This document shows positions 1 through 12,400 of a DNA stretch of 63,745 bases, one piece after another. The translations under genes were made by a program, and so were the position numbers. The first letter of the stretch is position 1, and each line of letters opens with the position of its first letter. Below the pieces are notes generated by a model that did no database searches, was not told the DNA's origin, and saw only the letters and a list, made by a program, of their open reading frames with translations. The stretch comes from Octopus bimaculoides (taxonomy: Eukaryota). The stretch covers positions 21,635,790 to 21,699,534 of the forward strand of contig NC_069001.1 in NCBI RefSeq assembly GCF_001194135.2, read 5' to 3'.

Positions 1-34
<34 letters not shown>

Positions 35-100
35 TGTCTGTGTACATACACATACACACACACGCACACACATATATAAGCACACACATGTATATATATA

Positions 101-435
101 CAGGGTGGGTCATAAATATGGGACACGTTTTGAATGCTAGTGTCTTGGATGATATAAGTGACATGGAGTAGCAAATATATTTATTACATATCTGATATAC
201 AGGAGTTCAACATATTATTTAAGACTTTACGATTTTTTCCAGGTAGTTGGTGTTGGTGACCCTCATAATATCGTGGACTCCAAAAGAAATTGAATGCGTG
301 GTCGAAGCACACTTCTCTAGCTAAAGATCCATTGTTGCGACACAAAGATAATTCGGATTGAATTTTGGAAAGCAATAGCCACCATCCCAAGATGTGATCC
401 TGCATACTGTTACAAACTTCTCTGAGAGAAAACAT
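101..435 (-). mobile_element. Probable Tc1/mariner-type DNA transposon end (terminal repeat plus decayed internal sequence)
   Basis: TA followed by CAGGGTGGGTCATAAATATGGGACAC resembles mariner-like terminal inverted repeats. No partner TIR or clean transposase motif was found. Confidence 0.35.
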
Positions 436-499
436 TCCTGCGCCACCTAATGACGTTTACTTTAGAAAACAGAAGACTTTGTTAAACGCTTACGGTGGA

Positions 500-650
500 A
501 AACCTTACAGTTTGACGGAGAATTACCTATAACAGCCCCTGAAAATTTCCGTATTAAATCTCGAAAATTTCCTCCACGTGTTAAAGATCTTATCCCATTC
601 GAGACCGATTTGCTGAACCTTATTTCTACGATTTGGTTTAGTAAGTGTAC
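500..650 (+). mobile_element. Penelope-like element fragment, region N-terminal to the RT
   Basis: Translates as ENFRIKSRKFPPRVKDLIPFETDLLNLISTIWFSK, resembling the FGFKSRKxPPxxxDLxxFExDLLxxI segment of PLE ORFs. Confidence 0.55.
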
Positions 651-713
651 TTTAATCTGTTTCGGTAGTTATAGATATACGACTATTTAAAAACTAGTAA
701 GTACACTGAAGGG

Positions 714-987
714 TAAAGTTAATCGCCACATCGAAGTGGCTGTTCCATTTTACTACTGGTTTAAACGCCTGGTACTTGCGACTTAAAATGAGCCAAGTAG
801 ATTGAAACTGAGTCGGTCTCGCGAACCTGATATCTGCTAGACGATAGTAGGAATTTGCCCACCTTGGTAGTAAATATATGTATATACAAGATGCAGTGCC
901 ACACCGATAACCAGCTGGCGGAATATCTACCTAGGGTTAAACTAGTAGTAATATGGATCGGCCACTTTGATGTAGCGCTTAATTTTA
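714..987. mobile_element. MITE-like element with 27-bp imperfect TIRs
   Basis: TAAAGTTAATCGCCACATCGAAGTGGC (714-740) is the near reverse complement of GCCACTTTGATGTAGCGCTTAATTTTA (961-987). A second partial copy lies at 46101-46245. Confidence 0.7.
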
Positions 988-2889
988 GTCATTAGTACAG
1001 TTACTGCTCTCATCTCTTCTGGAGATTTTACAACTAGTTATTTTGGTTATATATATATATATATATATATATNNNNNNNNNNNNNNNNNNNNNNNNNNNN
1101 NNNNNNNNNNNNNNNNNNNNNNNNNNNNNNNNNNNNNNNNNNNNNNNNNNNNNNNNNNNNNNNNNNNNNNNNNNNNNNNNNNNNNNNNNNNNNNNNNNNN
1201 NNNNNNNNNNNNNNNNNNNNNNNNNNNNNNNNNNNNNNNNNNNNNNNNAACATCCAGACAGGTGATATAAAAATGGGGACAATAAACCATCCAGATAGAC
1301 GATACAGATAGACGGAGTTTTCTATCCTCGGTCGAGTTCCAGATTATTTTTGCAATTTCGGCTGGTTATACTCGAGATTGCTTCAATCTTGCCAGCCCCA
1401 AGGAAAAACTAAGCTAAGAGCATTAGATTCCTTGGAAGGAAGCAGCGAATGTATACGAAGACAAGGACGGAAAGAAAACGGAGAAATGTTACACAAATAC
1501 ATAAACAATTAACAGGACATAACAGCGTATGTCTTACGACTAAGGACGAAATAAATTAAGCTGGCGTGTGTGGAAGAAAAGCCTTACGGTAGAGACATAC
1601 GTTTAGACGGGCACAGGGAGGAAAATAGATGTTTCACGGATGGTAGTCGAACCAAGAAAGAAAGGTCAGGCTTGGCCGAACATCGGTCACGTGGGTAGAG
1701 AGAAAAGAGGGAGGTAGAAGCTGAGAGATAGAAGAATTAAGGAGGGGCGAGAAAAAATGAATGGGACACAATGAAATGAAAGAGGAGAGAAAGTGAGCAT
1801 GAAGAAAAGGCCAGGAAATGTGATAGAGGGGAACGAAAGAGCGAAGGGTGGAATGAACGAAGTGTGAAAGGGCTGATAGAAAAAGAAAATGAAAGAATAG
1901 AAAAAATAATAGAGTCGTACAAAATTTATATATATATATATATATATGAATACACAAGAGGAATCCACTCATGGGATTCCTTACGCTAGAAAGAACAGCT
2001 AGCTTCTAGAACCCAAAAATTTGGGAAAGATAAAAACTTTTAATGGTAAAAGTTTTTATTTTTCATTTCATTCCTTTAAATATTTAAATATACACTGTAC
2101 CTTATGAGTAATTCATGGTCTTTGGACTAAACTTTTATACGCTAGGCCACTTGGAAGTGAAAATTTTATTAATTTCCATTTCCCTTTGATNNNNNNNNNN
2201 NNNNNNNNNNNNNNNNNNNNNNNNNNNNNNNNNNNNNNNNNNNNNNNNNNNNNNNNNNNNNNNNNNNNNNNNNNNNNNNNNNNNNNNNNNNNNNNNNNNN
2301 NNNNNNNNNNNNNNNNNNNNNNNNNNNNNNNNNNNNNNNNNNNNNNNNNNNNNNNNNNNNNNNNNNNNNNNNNNNNNNNNNNNNNNNNNNNNNNNNNNNN
2401 NNNNNNNNNNNNNNNNNNNNNNNNNNNNNNNNNNNNNNNNNNNNNNNNNNNNNNNNNNNNNNNNNNNNNNNNNNNNNNNNNNNNNNNNNNNNNNNNNNNN
2501 NNNNNNNNNNNNNNNNNNNNNNNNNNNNNNNNNNNNNNNNNNNNNNNNNNNNNNNNNNNNNNNNNNNNNNNNNNNNNNNNNNNNNNNNNNNNNNNNNNNN
2601 NNNNNNNNNNNNNNNNNNNNNNNNNNNNNNNNNNNNNNNNNNNNNNNNNNNNNNNNNNNNNNNNNNNNNNNNNNNNNNNNNNNNNNNNNNNNNNNNNNNN
2701 NNNNNNNNNNNNNNNNNNNNNNNNNNNNNNNNNNNNNNNNNNNNNNNNNNNNNNNNNNNNNNNNNNNNNNNNNNNNNNNNNNNNNNNNNNNNNNNNNNNN
2801 NNNNNNNNNNNNNNNNNNNNNNNNNNNNNNNNNNNNNNNNNNNNNNNNNNNNNNNNNNNNNNNNNNNNNNNNNNNNNNNNNNNTATATA

Positions 2890-3768
2890 TATATATATAT
2901 ATAGGAGGCTATGAGCGGTAGTGGTGTCAATTAGACACAGAGGTTTCAGGTAATGCTGAGTAAGTGGTATGAATAGGCCATAGTTAAGCTCCACGTTCGG
3001 TGATTATGCGTAAAAGGGGTCTAACGTAGGTCATATATCAACGTGTGAAAATAAGGAATTACTATTCGTATTTTGTGCACATGTGTGTGTGTTTATGACC
3101 AAACAATGTGCATGTGTATAGTGTATGTATGTTGGTGAACGTTATCTTTGCCTATGTATGTTGCGTGTGTTAATGCGTGTAGCGTGTGTTTGTATATATT
3201 ATCTGTGTTTAGGTATGTTATGCTTGTGTGGGTTTGGGAGTATACATTCAAGTGCTATGTGTTTGTGAGGGTGAGAGCGTGTACTAAGTTAAACAATGTG
3301 TGTGGTTGTTCATAAAGCGGTATGTGCTGGCGCTATTGAAGTTCCTGTGGGTGTGTGGATAATGGTGTGTGGTGTGGGTGCTGAGAAGTGGGCAGTGCTA
3401 GTGTGTGTGCACTAGTTGGTATCAAACGAAGAGAGGAGGTGAGATTTGTATCAGATGACGAGAGGAGGTGAGATTTGTATCAGATGACGAGAGGAGGTGA
3501 GATTTGTATCAGATGACGAGGGGAGGTGAGTTGAGTCCACGTGGTGAAAAGGGGCGAAGAGAATAGATTAATTCCTGAACACGGCGAAGGCGAGAGTCCA
3601 GATGGCTCCAGTACAAAGACAGTCTGAACACAAACAGATGTTGTAGCGAATGACCAGTAGACGGGAAATGATGCGAGACCAGGGTATCATTGCTGAGTTT
3701 AATGTCTGGGAGGTGCTCTGCGAACCGTTCAGCCACGCGGTGTCCCGGTTGACCGATATACAGGTATA
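2890..3768 (-). mobile_element. Penelope-like (Neptune-type) element 3' part: GIY-YIG C-terminus and 3' non-coding region
   Basis: ORF 3509-3736 (AERFAEHLPDIKLSNDTLVSHHFPSTGHSLQHL...GLNS) is paralogous to 8332-8556 and is followed by a similar C/A-rich 3' region. Confidence 0.8.
3431..3529. repeat. 29-bp tandem repeat, about 3.4 copies
   Basis: GAGAGGAGGTGAGATTTGTATCAGATGAC repeats at 3431, 3460 and 3489, with a partial unit at 3518. Confidence 0.95.
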
Positions 3769-4634
3769 NNNNNNNNNNNNNNNNNNNNNNNNNNNNNNNN
3801 NNNNNNNNNNNNNNNNNNNNNNNNNNNNNNNNNNNNNNNNNNNNNNNNNNNNNNNNNNNNNNNNNNNNNNNNNNNNNNNNNNNNNNNNNNNNNNNNNNNN
3901 NNNNNNNNNNNNNNNNNNNNNNNNNNNNNNNNNNNNNNNNNNNNNNNNNNNNNNNNNNNNNNNNNNNNNNNNNNNNNNNNNNNNNNNNNNNNNNNNNNNN
4001 NNNNNNNNNNNNNNNNNNNNNNNNNNNNNNNNNNNNNNNNNNNNNNNNNNNNNNNNNNNNNNNNNNNNNNNNNNNNNNNNNNNNNNNNNNNNNNNNNNNN
4101 NNNNNNNNNNNNNNNNNNNNNNNNNNNNNNNNNNNNNNNNNNNNNNNNNNNNNNNNNNNNNNNNNNNNNNNNNNNNNNNNNNNNNNNNNNNNNNNNNNNN
4201 NNNNNNNNNNNNNNNNNNNNNNNNNNNNNNNNNNNNNNNNNNNNNNNNNNNNNNNNNNNNNNNNNNNNNNNNNNNNNNNNNNNNNNNNNNNNNNNNNNNN
4301 NNNNNNNNNNNNNNNNNNNNNNNNNNNNNNNNNNNNNNNNNNNNNNNNNNNNNNNNNNNNNNNNNNNNNNNNNNNNNNNNNNNNNNNNNNNNNNNNNNNN
4401 NNNNNNNNNNNNNNNNNNNNNNNNNNNNNNNNNNNNNNNNNNNNNNNNNNNTATATATATATATATATCGATTTAAAAAAAGAGCTAAAATCTGATCCAT
4501 TTAAAAGACTTTATTATGACCTATGAACATTTCGATGCAATATCCAGATCGATTCATGCATATTATAAAATATGGGATATTCTATCTCTTCAGGGTCGTA
4601 TTAATACAAAGCAGACAGTAAAAATCAGTAAAAA

Positions 4635-5549
4635 TAGACAACATTCATAGACAACATTCATAGTTACATGTAAATAAACAAGTTGAAAAGACATGAGTCA
4701 TAATACAACCGTAGAGCATATCCGTTTTGAAACCGTAAGAAGATCAAGCAAATGATAATTGATTCATATCTATGATGTTATGCTGTGAAGTTCGATAACG
4801 AACCAATACAGAACGCTATACATTTCGAAAAAGAGTAATTTTCCTGTGAATATTGTATTTAAACTTCATCACTAAGGTAATGAACTTAATTCGTTTGTAA
4901 CTTGTTAACTACAATTTGAATGTATTCTAATGTAGTTCAGTTTTCTTCATTTTTACTCATTTTTTAAATACTTTTGATAGCAGTAATTAAAAACCTAAAT
5001 AGAATCTTTATATATATATATATATATNNNNNNNNNNATATATATATATGCTTATTTTTTTACTTTTATTTTCTATAACCTATTGGGCTTAAATAACCAT
5101 ATGAGGCTTTTTACTTCTAAATCCTAACTTAATATAAGGGCTTGTTTAGATTATGTATACTTAAGTTGATTATTTGGTATATTATATATTGACATTACTT
5201 ATTAGATCTATTTCCATTTGACCATTAACTTGTATAAAAAATATTTTTTTATGTTTTTATATTTTTTAATTTTTTTAATATCTAACGGTTTTTTTTTCAT
5301 CGGTCTGAATTTTTTATTTACTTTCATAACTCCAACAGTCTTTTTCGAAATGTACAGCGTTCTGTATTGGTTCGTTATCGAACATCACAGCATAACATCA
5401 TAAATTTGCATCAATTATCATTTGCTTGGTCTTCTTACGGTTTCAACACGGATATGCTGTACGGTTGTATTACGACTCATGTCTTTTCAACTTGTTTATT
5501 TACATGTAATTATAGGTCAACTATGAATGTTGTCTATGAATGTTGTCTA
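4635..5549. mobile_element. Foldback/MITE-like element with ~200-bp inverted arms
   Basis: 4635-4833 is the reverse complement of 5339-5549 at high identity. The termini carry a duplicated ACAACATTCATAG and TA at both outer ends. Confidence 0.8.
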
Positions 5550-5600
5550 GTTGATTTCTCAACCTCTAACTCACGCGCACACACACATGCACACACACAC

Positions 5601-5659
<59 letters not shown>

Positions 5660-5749
5660 CATATATACATATCTATAGATCTATATATTTATATATATGT
5701 ATGTAAATATATATATTTAGGTATATCTTTGAGCATGTGCTTTTCACGC

Positions 5750-5935
5750 ATCAGCACATGGAAACCGGTGTTGGTTTGTGTAGTCTCCGTAACTTAAGCT
5801 TAAATGTGATCAACGGAATAAGTATCAGTTTAAAAAAATAAGTACCGGGGTCGATTTGTTTGACCAAACTCTTCAACTATTATAGCAAGGTCACGATGTA
5901 ATAACTAACCAAACAAAAGATAAAACATAAAAGAA
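5750..5935 (+). mobile_element. SINE 3' half (family also at 39170, 47095, 52255, 57295)
   Basis: CCGGTGTTGGTTT...CCGTAACTTA...GGGGTCGATTTGTTTGAC matches the tail of the other copies in the window. Confidence 0.65.
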
Positions 5936-5978
<43 letters not shown>

Positions 5979-7589
5979 CGGACGTGCATTTGTGCATCTT
6001 GAATTTCTACTTCATATTCTCCTTTAATGTCTGAATAAGACACATTTCATATGCGTACCTTTCTAGTCGTACGTATATGAAATGTACTGTATTATGTTCC
6101 AATTTGTATGGTGTCATATGTCACGTAAAAGTTGCAGTAACTTGTTTGCTTTATTTATTGGCTTTATTTTCTTACTTTTGGCAATAAATATACTTGCATC
6201 ACTTGCGATGACAAATTAAGTAAAATATATAAATATGATATTGTTTCTTATTTGACTACTGCTGCAGGAAACTGACTCTTTTCCCGTTGTATAATGGTAG
6301 TATTTGATATCCATTTTGTTTCACCTTGTGAAGCGAATAGAATAAAACGGAACGTCATTAATAAAGTAAGCGACTGGAAATAAGAGCCTGCTGTGAAATC
6401 AAAGATTCTGATTGGCCCGCAAACGAGATAGCAGAGTTTGTTTGGTGATACAGAGCCTTCAAAATAAATCTTAGGCAAATACATTTCATTTTTTTTTTTG
6501 CTCGTATTTTTCACCTAGCGAATATCGCCATTTAATGAACCGTGTATGACTCGAGAACATGCCAAACAATGATATTATTTTATAACGTTGTCTCTGTATT
6601 ATGTTTCTGGAGAGAGATTAATCGATTAAAGGAAGATTTTTTTTTCTGTAGTTTGTTTTGCGCACAGACTATATGTATCAGAACAAAGCCAAATATATCG
6701 CGAGAGCTTGTAATAGTTTTACGAACTAATACTAGAAGTCCGATTAAGAATGTTTTTTTTAATAAATCGATGAGACATATACAAGTATATAAATATAATC
6801 TATGATCAAGATATTTTTGTCACTTAATCGAATTCCTTCATGGCACAGATGAGTTTATTCAAAACAAGTATAAAAACTATGCCATTCGACGACCAAAGGT
6901 GTATTTCAGGAGTGATGTTACAAGCTTGCACAGTTTGAAATACATGTGTCTGTTTGAAACAAATTCCCGAACAGATTTGCGAAACTCTTTGCCATAGTGT
7001 ATTTATGAATGAGACTTTGCGGCCAGTTGAACTAATTTATATCACAATAACAGATGATATCAGTAACTATATCAGTTTTACTTTCCAAATTAAATTTCGG
7101 TAGAAGTTGATTTTTTTTACTTCTTTTAACCAAATTGAAGACCGTTAGATTACTTATATATAAAGGAGTGAAGACAATCTTAATGTTCACATATGGAAAG
7201 CAAATATATAATTTTTGTATAGTAAATCTCCATCCAAACGACGGTTCTATTGCTAACACAAATAATATTTAAAAAGTGAGATCCATCCAACTGAAGAGAA
7301 ATGCACGTGTAATTTCAAGAAATCTTTGATTTTGTTTCCTTCCCTAAGTCTATTCTGGCACGTTAAACGTAATATGTCTTTCCTGAAGGTTTCAGTCGAT
7401 CGTTCAGAAATACAATGCATGTGTAATATACGGATCCTGATATACTTCATTTCAATTCTGTGATTACGAAGCTGCAACCATAGCAATGTGGTGAAGAAAA
7501 TTAGCCTCTCACGCATCCACTTCCGAGCCCAATACAGCTAAACAGAATCGTTATCAAGAATACCTTTGCTTAGAAAAACAAATTCTGGA

Positions 7590-8840
7590 TAGAATATGGT
7601 ACACCATTTCCAAAACTTCCGTTGTTTTTCTCAATATTTCGGTCAATATACACAACTCCACTCTCGCTGCCTCCATCCACTAAAAACACACCGACTCACA
7701 CTCATACCTCAACTTCTCCTCCTCCCATCTTACCCACACCAAGCTCTCCATCCCCTACTCTCAATTCCTCCGTCTGCACAGGCTCTGCAGTGACAACCAT
7801 GACTTTGAGACTTAGTCTCAACTCATGGCGCACCACTTCATTCTTTGTGGATATCCCCTCACAACTATCCATACCGCCCTTGCCAGAGCACTTCCGTGGA
7901 CCGTACCTCTGCTATCGCTCCTTGCACTCGTCCCGCCGTTGCCTGTCTCACATTTTCCCTCATCTACCACCCTTCCAACGTGCCCCTCCAACGTACCATT
8001 CTCCGAAACTTCCGGCGACTCCAGTTCGACCCCTTCCACTTAGTACATCTTTCCAAACCTACCTCTTCCCTCCTTCAAACGAGCCCACAACCTACGTGAC
8101 CTCCTGGTTCACAGTTTCTTCCCTAATCCCACCACTCAAACTTGTTCGTTCATCTGCTCCCGCACACACTGCCGCACTTACTCCTAACTCTACAACATCA
8201 CCATCGTCAGAGGCACCCATCATTGTCCCTCTCATACCACTGACTCCTTTACTTGCACTTCTAGGAACGTCATTTACTGCATCTCCTGCTCTTTCTGTCC
8301 TCTTCTGTACATCGGTCAAACAGGACGATGCTTGGCTGACCAATTCGCGGAGCACCGAGACATTAGACTCGGCAATGACAACCCGGTATCGCACCATTTC
8401 CGCTCTACCGGTCATTCATTACAACACTTGTCTTTGGTCGGATTGTTTTTGAACAGGGACCATCCGGACTCTCGCCTTCGCCATGAACAGAAATTAATCG
8501 TCTCTCTTCGCTCCTTTGCGTCACATGGGCTCAACTCCTCTCTCCTCTTCATCTAACTCCCCTCCTCTCCTCTCTTCATCTGACACCTACTTCCTCTCTT
8601 CACTCCTACGCACCACTACTCTCCTCTCTTGCCCTGACACCTACTTCCTCTCTTCACTCCTACCCACCTTCTCCCTTCATTGCTACTCCATCTATCTACA
8701 CCCGCCCTCACATACCTATACCCCAACACCACCACACCACCACATCACACCACCCAAAACCCCTCCGCACACACTAGCACCGAACACTTCCCAACACCGA
8801 AAGCGAGTGCGGTCCATGTCATCTACCTCCGGCAACTAAA
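7590..8840 (+). mobile_element. 5'-truncated Penelope-like (Neptune-type) retroelement: RT C-terminus, GIY-YIG endonuclease and 3' region, frameshifted
   Basis: HTDSHSYLNFSSSHLTHTKLSIPYSQFLRLHRLCSD (RT thumb) is followed by FTCTSRNVIYCISCSFCPLLYIGQTGRCLADQFAEH...HFRSTGHS...HEQKLI...GLN (GIY-YIG). Confidence 0.9.
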
Positions 8841-8865
8841 CTTTGTTGATTGATAAGGCTGGGCA

Positions 8866-10960
8866 ACAAAATTAAATATATTAAACTCATAATGAATGCA
8901 GACCAACTTTTTTCGACTAAGTTTTCATGTTGATTTTAAAATTTCACTCCATTTGCATGCAGCAGGCTTCAGTTTTTCAGTAGATACATGCAAACATTTA
9001 CATATTTGAATATATGAAATCATTAACGTAATAAACAAGGACATATTAATTTTAGAAAGCAAATGAGTTTATGGAGTTAAAACTCATCAGTATCATTCTA
9101 CAAAGAGTAAATACACAAAAAAAAACGGGACAGACAAAACATAAAAATCCAGTGAACTCTCAATGACATGCGATAACCCATTGCCGAGTAACATATCAGA
9201 AGATTTTTGATGCCATACTTGTAGTCCATTGCCTTCTTGTTGCCCAAGAAATACTCACAGATGCAACTGAAAGCATTCCAGGCAGGCAGTTCCAATTCAT
9301 TCAGTGTTGTCTTGAAGTTGACATCTTTGACTACTTCTCTAATTTGGGGTCCGACAAAGATACCCTCTTTCAACTTCGCCTGTGTGATTTTGGGAAACTT
9401 TTCCTCTGGCCTTTCTCTTTCCTAGTGTCTTTACAAACTGTTTCATCAGTTCAAGCTTTATGTGAAAAGGGGGCAAGAGGACATTACATGCATCTACAAG
9501 AGGTTATTCCTGACGATAGATAGTCCTGGCTGGTATGATGTTCTTGTCTGCAGTTTGATTCCAAATATTGTCTGTCAATTGCCCGACTATCCCATAGACA
9601 CCAGGATCAACAGTATCTTGTGGAACCTGACTGCATTCCCATTAACATTTCTATGACTTTTAAATCTCCACATATTTTCCATGAGTATCTTTCAGAGGCA
9701 ATAGCATGAAATAAAAGTTCCATATCCTCATATAATTCATGAAGATGATCGGCGTTTGCAATTGGAATGAGGGGGGGGGGCTTCAAATTACCATTATGGA
9801 GAATTACAGCTTTTAATCTTCGTTTTGAAGAGTCAATAAACAAACGCCACTCTGTAGAATCATGATTTTGTGATAAACATTCGAAAAGTCCATCGATTAT
9901 ACTGCAAATGCAAAGCGGGACTTCAACAGAAAGCACCTTTGTAGAACCACATTTTTATGTCGAAGGTTATACGAACACCATGCTTTAGCAGATACTTCTC
10001 CTTCAGTCTTCATGCCAACAGTTCTGCTTTGTTTTTTGAGAGGGATAAGTCTCTGACAAGGTCATTCAGTTCAGCATGGGAACATTTCTCAGGTTCAAAG
10101 CTATCATCATCAGCCACGTAATCTTCTTCAGCAGCACTATCGTGATAGTCAGCATCTTCATCTGATGTTTCAATACCATCATCTGGTGGAACTGGAATTG
10201 GCAAACTTCCATTGGGAGGCACAGGTCTCATTGCAGAATCCAAATTGGTATACTCAATTTTGTGTTTATTCTTAATAAACAAATCCTGTGACATTTACTT
10301 TGCAAAAATAACAGTCACTAAAATGGTCTTTCAGCTCCCTTCATATCATTGGAATGGCAAAAGGCATGGACTTCTTCTTACGTAAGCCATTTGAGCAAGC
10401 TGAGCAGATAAAGTGTGGTGCCCATAACTTGTCCTAATCTCCAAGAAGACAGTCAAAGTATAGCTTATAAATCTTCTAGATCTCTGGTATTATTGTACAT
10501 TTTTGAGCTTTCACAATAAATTGTCCACAAACATAGCTAAATACACCAGGAATATTTCTACACTGTCTTGACATTGTTAAAACTGTAAAACAAGTAAGGA
10601 AATAGATACAAACAGTTATACTAATATTGAATTTGAGATGGTGAAATATTTCATCAGATCAATCATGAATGGACAATTTGAGATGTTAAAATACATAGTT
10701 CACCAGACAAAACTTGATTGGTTCATTTCATATGGTGAAATATTGAATCTGAACTATGCGGCAATGAATAATGTAGTTTATGTTAAGCGTATGTTTCCAT
10801 GGTGTAAATGCGTATACGTCATCAACTGGAAGTTCTATATAATGCATCTTGCAAACCGTACGTGATGTCAAAAAACTAATTGTATATTTGAAATCAGCAT
10901 TAAAACCTACACTAAGCACACCTTGACATATGCTTGATGAAAAATACTTGATGACCAGTG
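8866..10960 (-). mobile_element. Chapaev3-type (CMC superfamily) DNA transposon with a pseudogenised transposase (about 9050-10574)
   Basis: N-terminal Cys/His segment MSRQCRNIP..YVCGQFIVKAQ..WAPHFICSAC..MPFAIPMI..DHFSDCYFC, then LFIDSSKRRLKAVILHNGN, WKICGDLKV and KEGIFVGPQIRE. Many stops and frameshifts. Ends resemble CACTGG-type termini (TGACCAGTG on the right, degenerate GGCTGGGCAAC on the left). Family name is from recalled motifs. Confidence 0.75.
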
Positions 10961-11234
10961 TAATAAGGTGTATGCTATGTTGTTATGCAGAGCTGTTATG
11001 GATAATTTTTATTGATTCAATTTTTGGTTGTGTTATTGGTCAGACTTTTTTCAGGCTTGTACAACTTTATAATCAGATGTGCCAACTCCAAGTCATATAA
11101 GTTCACAAAAGAATGTAATTTTTAGGAAAGTGTATATTGGTTAGGATGTGTTACTAGGCTTTGTTGTTGGTTTTATTTCGATACTAATGAGATATCTAAC
11201 CTTTTGTTTTGAGAATGTGGATACCCATTAACAC

Positions 11235-11400
11235 AGGCGTACCTGTGTGGTAAGAAGCGTGTTTCCCAACCACAGGGTTCGGGATTCAGTCCCACTGTGT
11301 GGCACTTTGGGCAAATGTCTTCCTCTATAGCCTCGGGCCGACCAAAGCCTTATGAGTGAATTTGGTAGACGGAAACTGAAAGACGCCCGTTGTGTGTGAG
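11235..11400 (+). mobile_element. tRNA-derived CORE-type SINE, 5' half
   Basis: tRNA-like head with A/B-box-like motifs (GTGTGGTAAG; GGATTCAGTCC), then CTTTGGGCAAATGTCTT core-like sequence. Multiple copies occur in the window. Confidence 0.85.
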
Positions 11401-11740
11401 TGTATATATATATATATATATATNNNNNNNNNNNNNNNNNNNNNNNNNNNNNNNNNNNNNNNNNNNNNNNNNNNNNNNNNNNNNNNNNNNNNNNNNNNNN
11501 NNNNNNNNNNNNNNNNNNNNNNNNNNNNNNNNNNNNNNNNNNNNNNNNNNNNNNNNNNNNNNNNNNNNNNNNNNNNNNNNNNNNNNNNNNNNNNNNNNNN
11601 NNNNNNNNNNNNNNNNNNNNNNNNNNNNNNNNNNNNNNNNNNNNNNNNNNNNNNNNNNNNNNNNNNNNNNNNNNNNNNNNNNNNNNNNNNNNNNNNNNNN
11701 NNNNNNNNNNNNNNNNNNNNNNNNNNNNNNNNNNNNNNNN

Positions 11741-11934
11741 AAACAAGAAGAAAGAGTGAGAGAAAGTTTTGGTGAAAGAGTACAGCAAGGTTCGCCACCA
11801 CCCCCTACCGGAGCCTCGTGGAGCTTTAGGCTTTTTCGCTCAGTAAATACTCACAACGCCCGGTCTGGGAATCGAAACCGCGATCCTATGACCGCGAGTC
11901 CACTGCCCTAACCACTGTGCCATTGCGCCTCCAC
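11741..11934 (-). mobile_element. tRNA-derived SINE (tRNA-Arg-like head)
   Basis: Minus strand reads GGAGGCGCAATGGCACAGTGGTTAGGGCAGTGGACTCGCGGTCATAGGATCGCGGTTTCGATTCCCAGACCGGG and continues into non-tRNA body sequence. Confidence 0.85.
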
Positions 11935-11957
11935 ATATATATATATATATATATGTG

Positions 11958-11990
<33 letters not shown>

Positions 11991-12264
11991 AACACTGCTA
12001 TCGCTTGACAACCGATGCCGGTGTGTCTATGTCCTTGTAACGTAACGGTTCGGCAATAGAGAGCGATATTATAAGCGCTAGGGTGGTGGTTATCAGTTAA
12101 GTCTGTCATGATGTTATTTCTATGAGATATTTGTTAATCTTATACTTTAATGTTCACATGAGGAGTTTTGTTGAAAACTGTGGAACTCTTCGCTAATTCC
12201 TGCTAAACTAAATTGTAAGCAAGTAACGCTTTGAACAACGATGCCCACATAATATATATATATA

Positions 12265-12400
12265 TGCCGACGTTTATTTTGCGTTTTCTCCTCACGGAGT
12301 CGATAAAATGAAGTACTGGTGAAGAAATGCGATGGGCGTAATCGACTTGTCTCTCGTCTTAAAATTGTTGGCCTTGTGCCAATATTAGAAAGAAATATTT
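12265..12400 (+). mobile_element. Decayed SINE fragment (Deu/Nin-like central domain family)
   Basis: GTCGATAAAATGAAGTACTGG...AATCGACT...GGCCTTGTGCC matches the 28435 family. Confidence 0.65.

Noticed and set aside
1335-1415. Possible hammerhead on minus (GGCTGG/CCAGCC stem followed by GAAATTGCAA)
   Set aside because: No CTGANGA-like core and stem III is disrupted. It may be a PLE LTR relic but cannot be supported.
7030-7520. Two short minus-strand ORFs faintly like a PLE linker region
   Set aside because: Similarity is too weak to support by eye.
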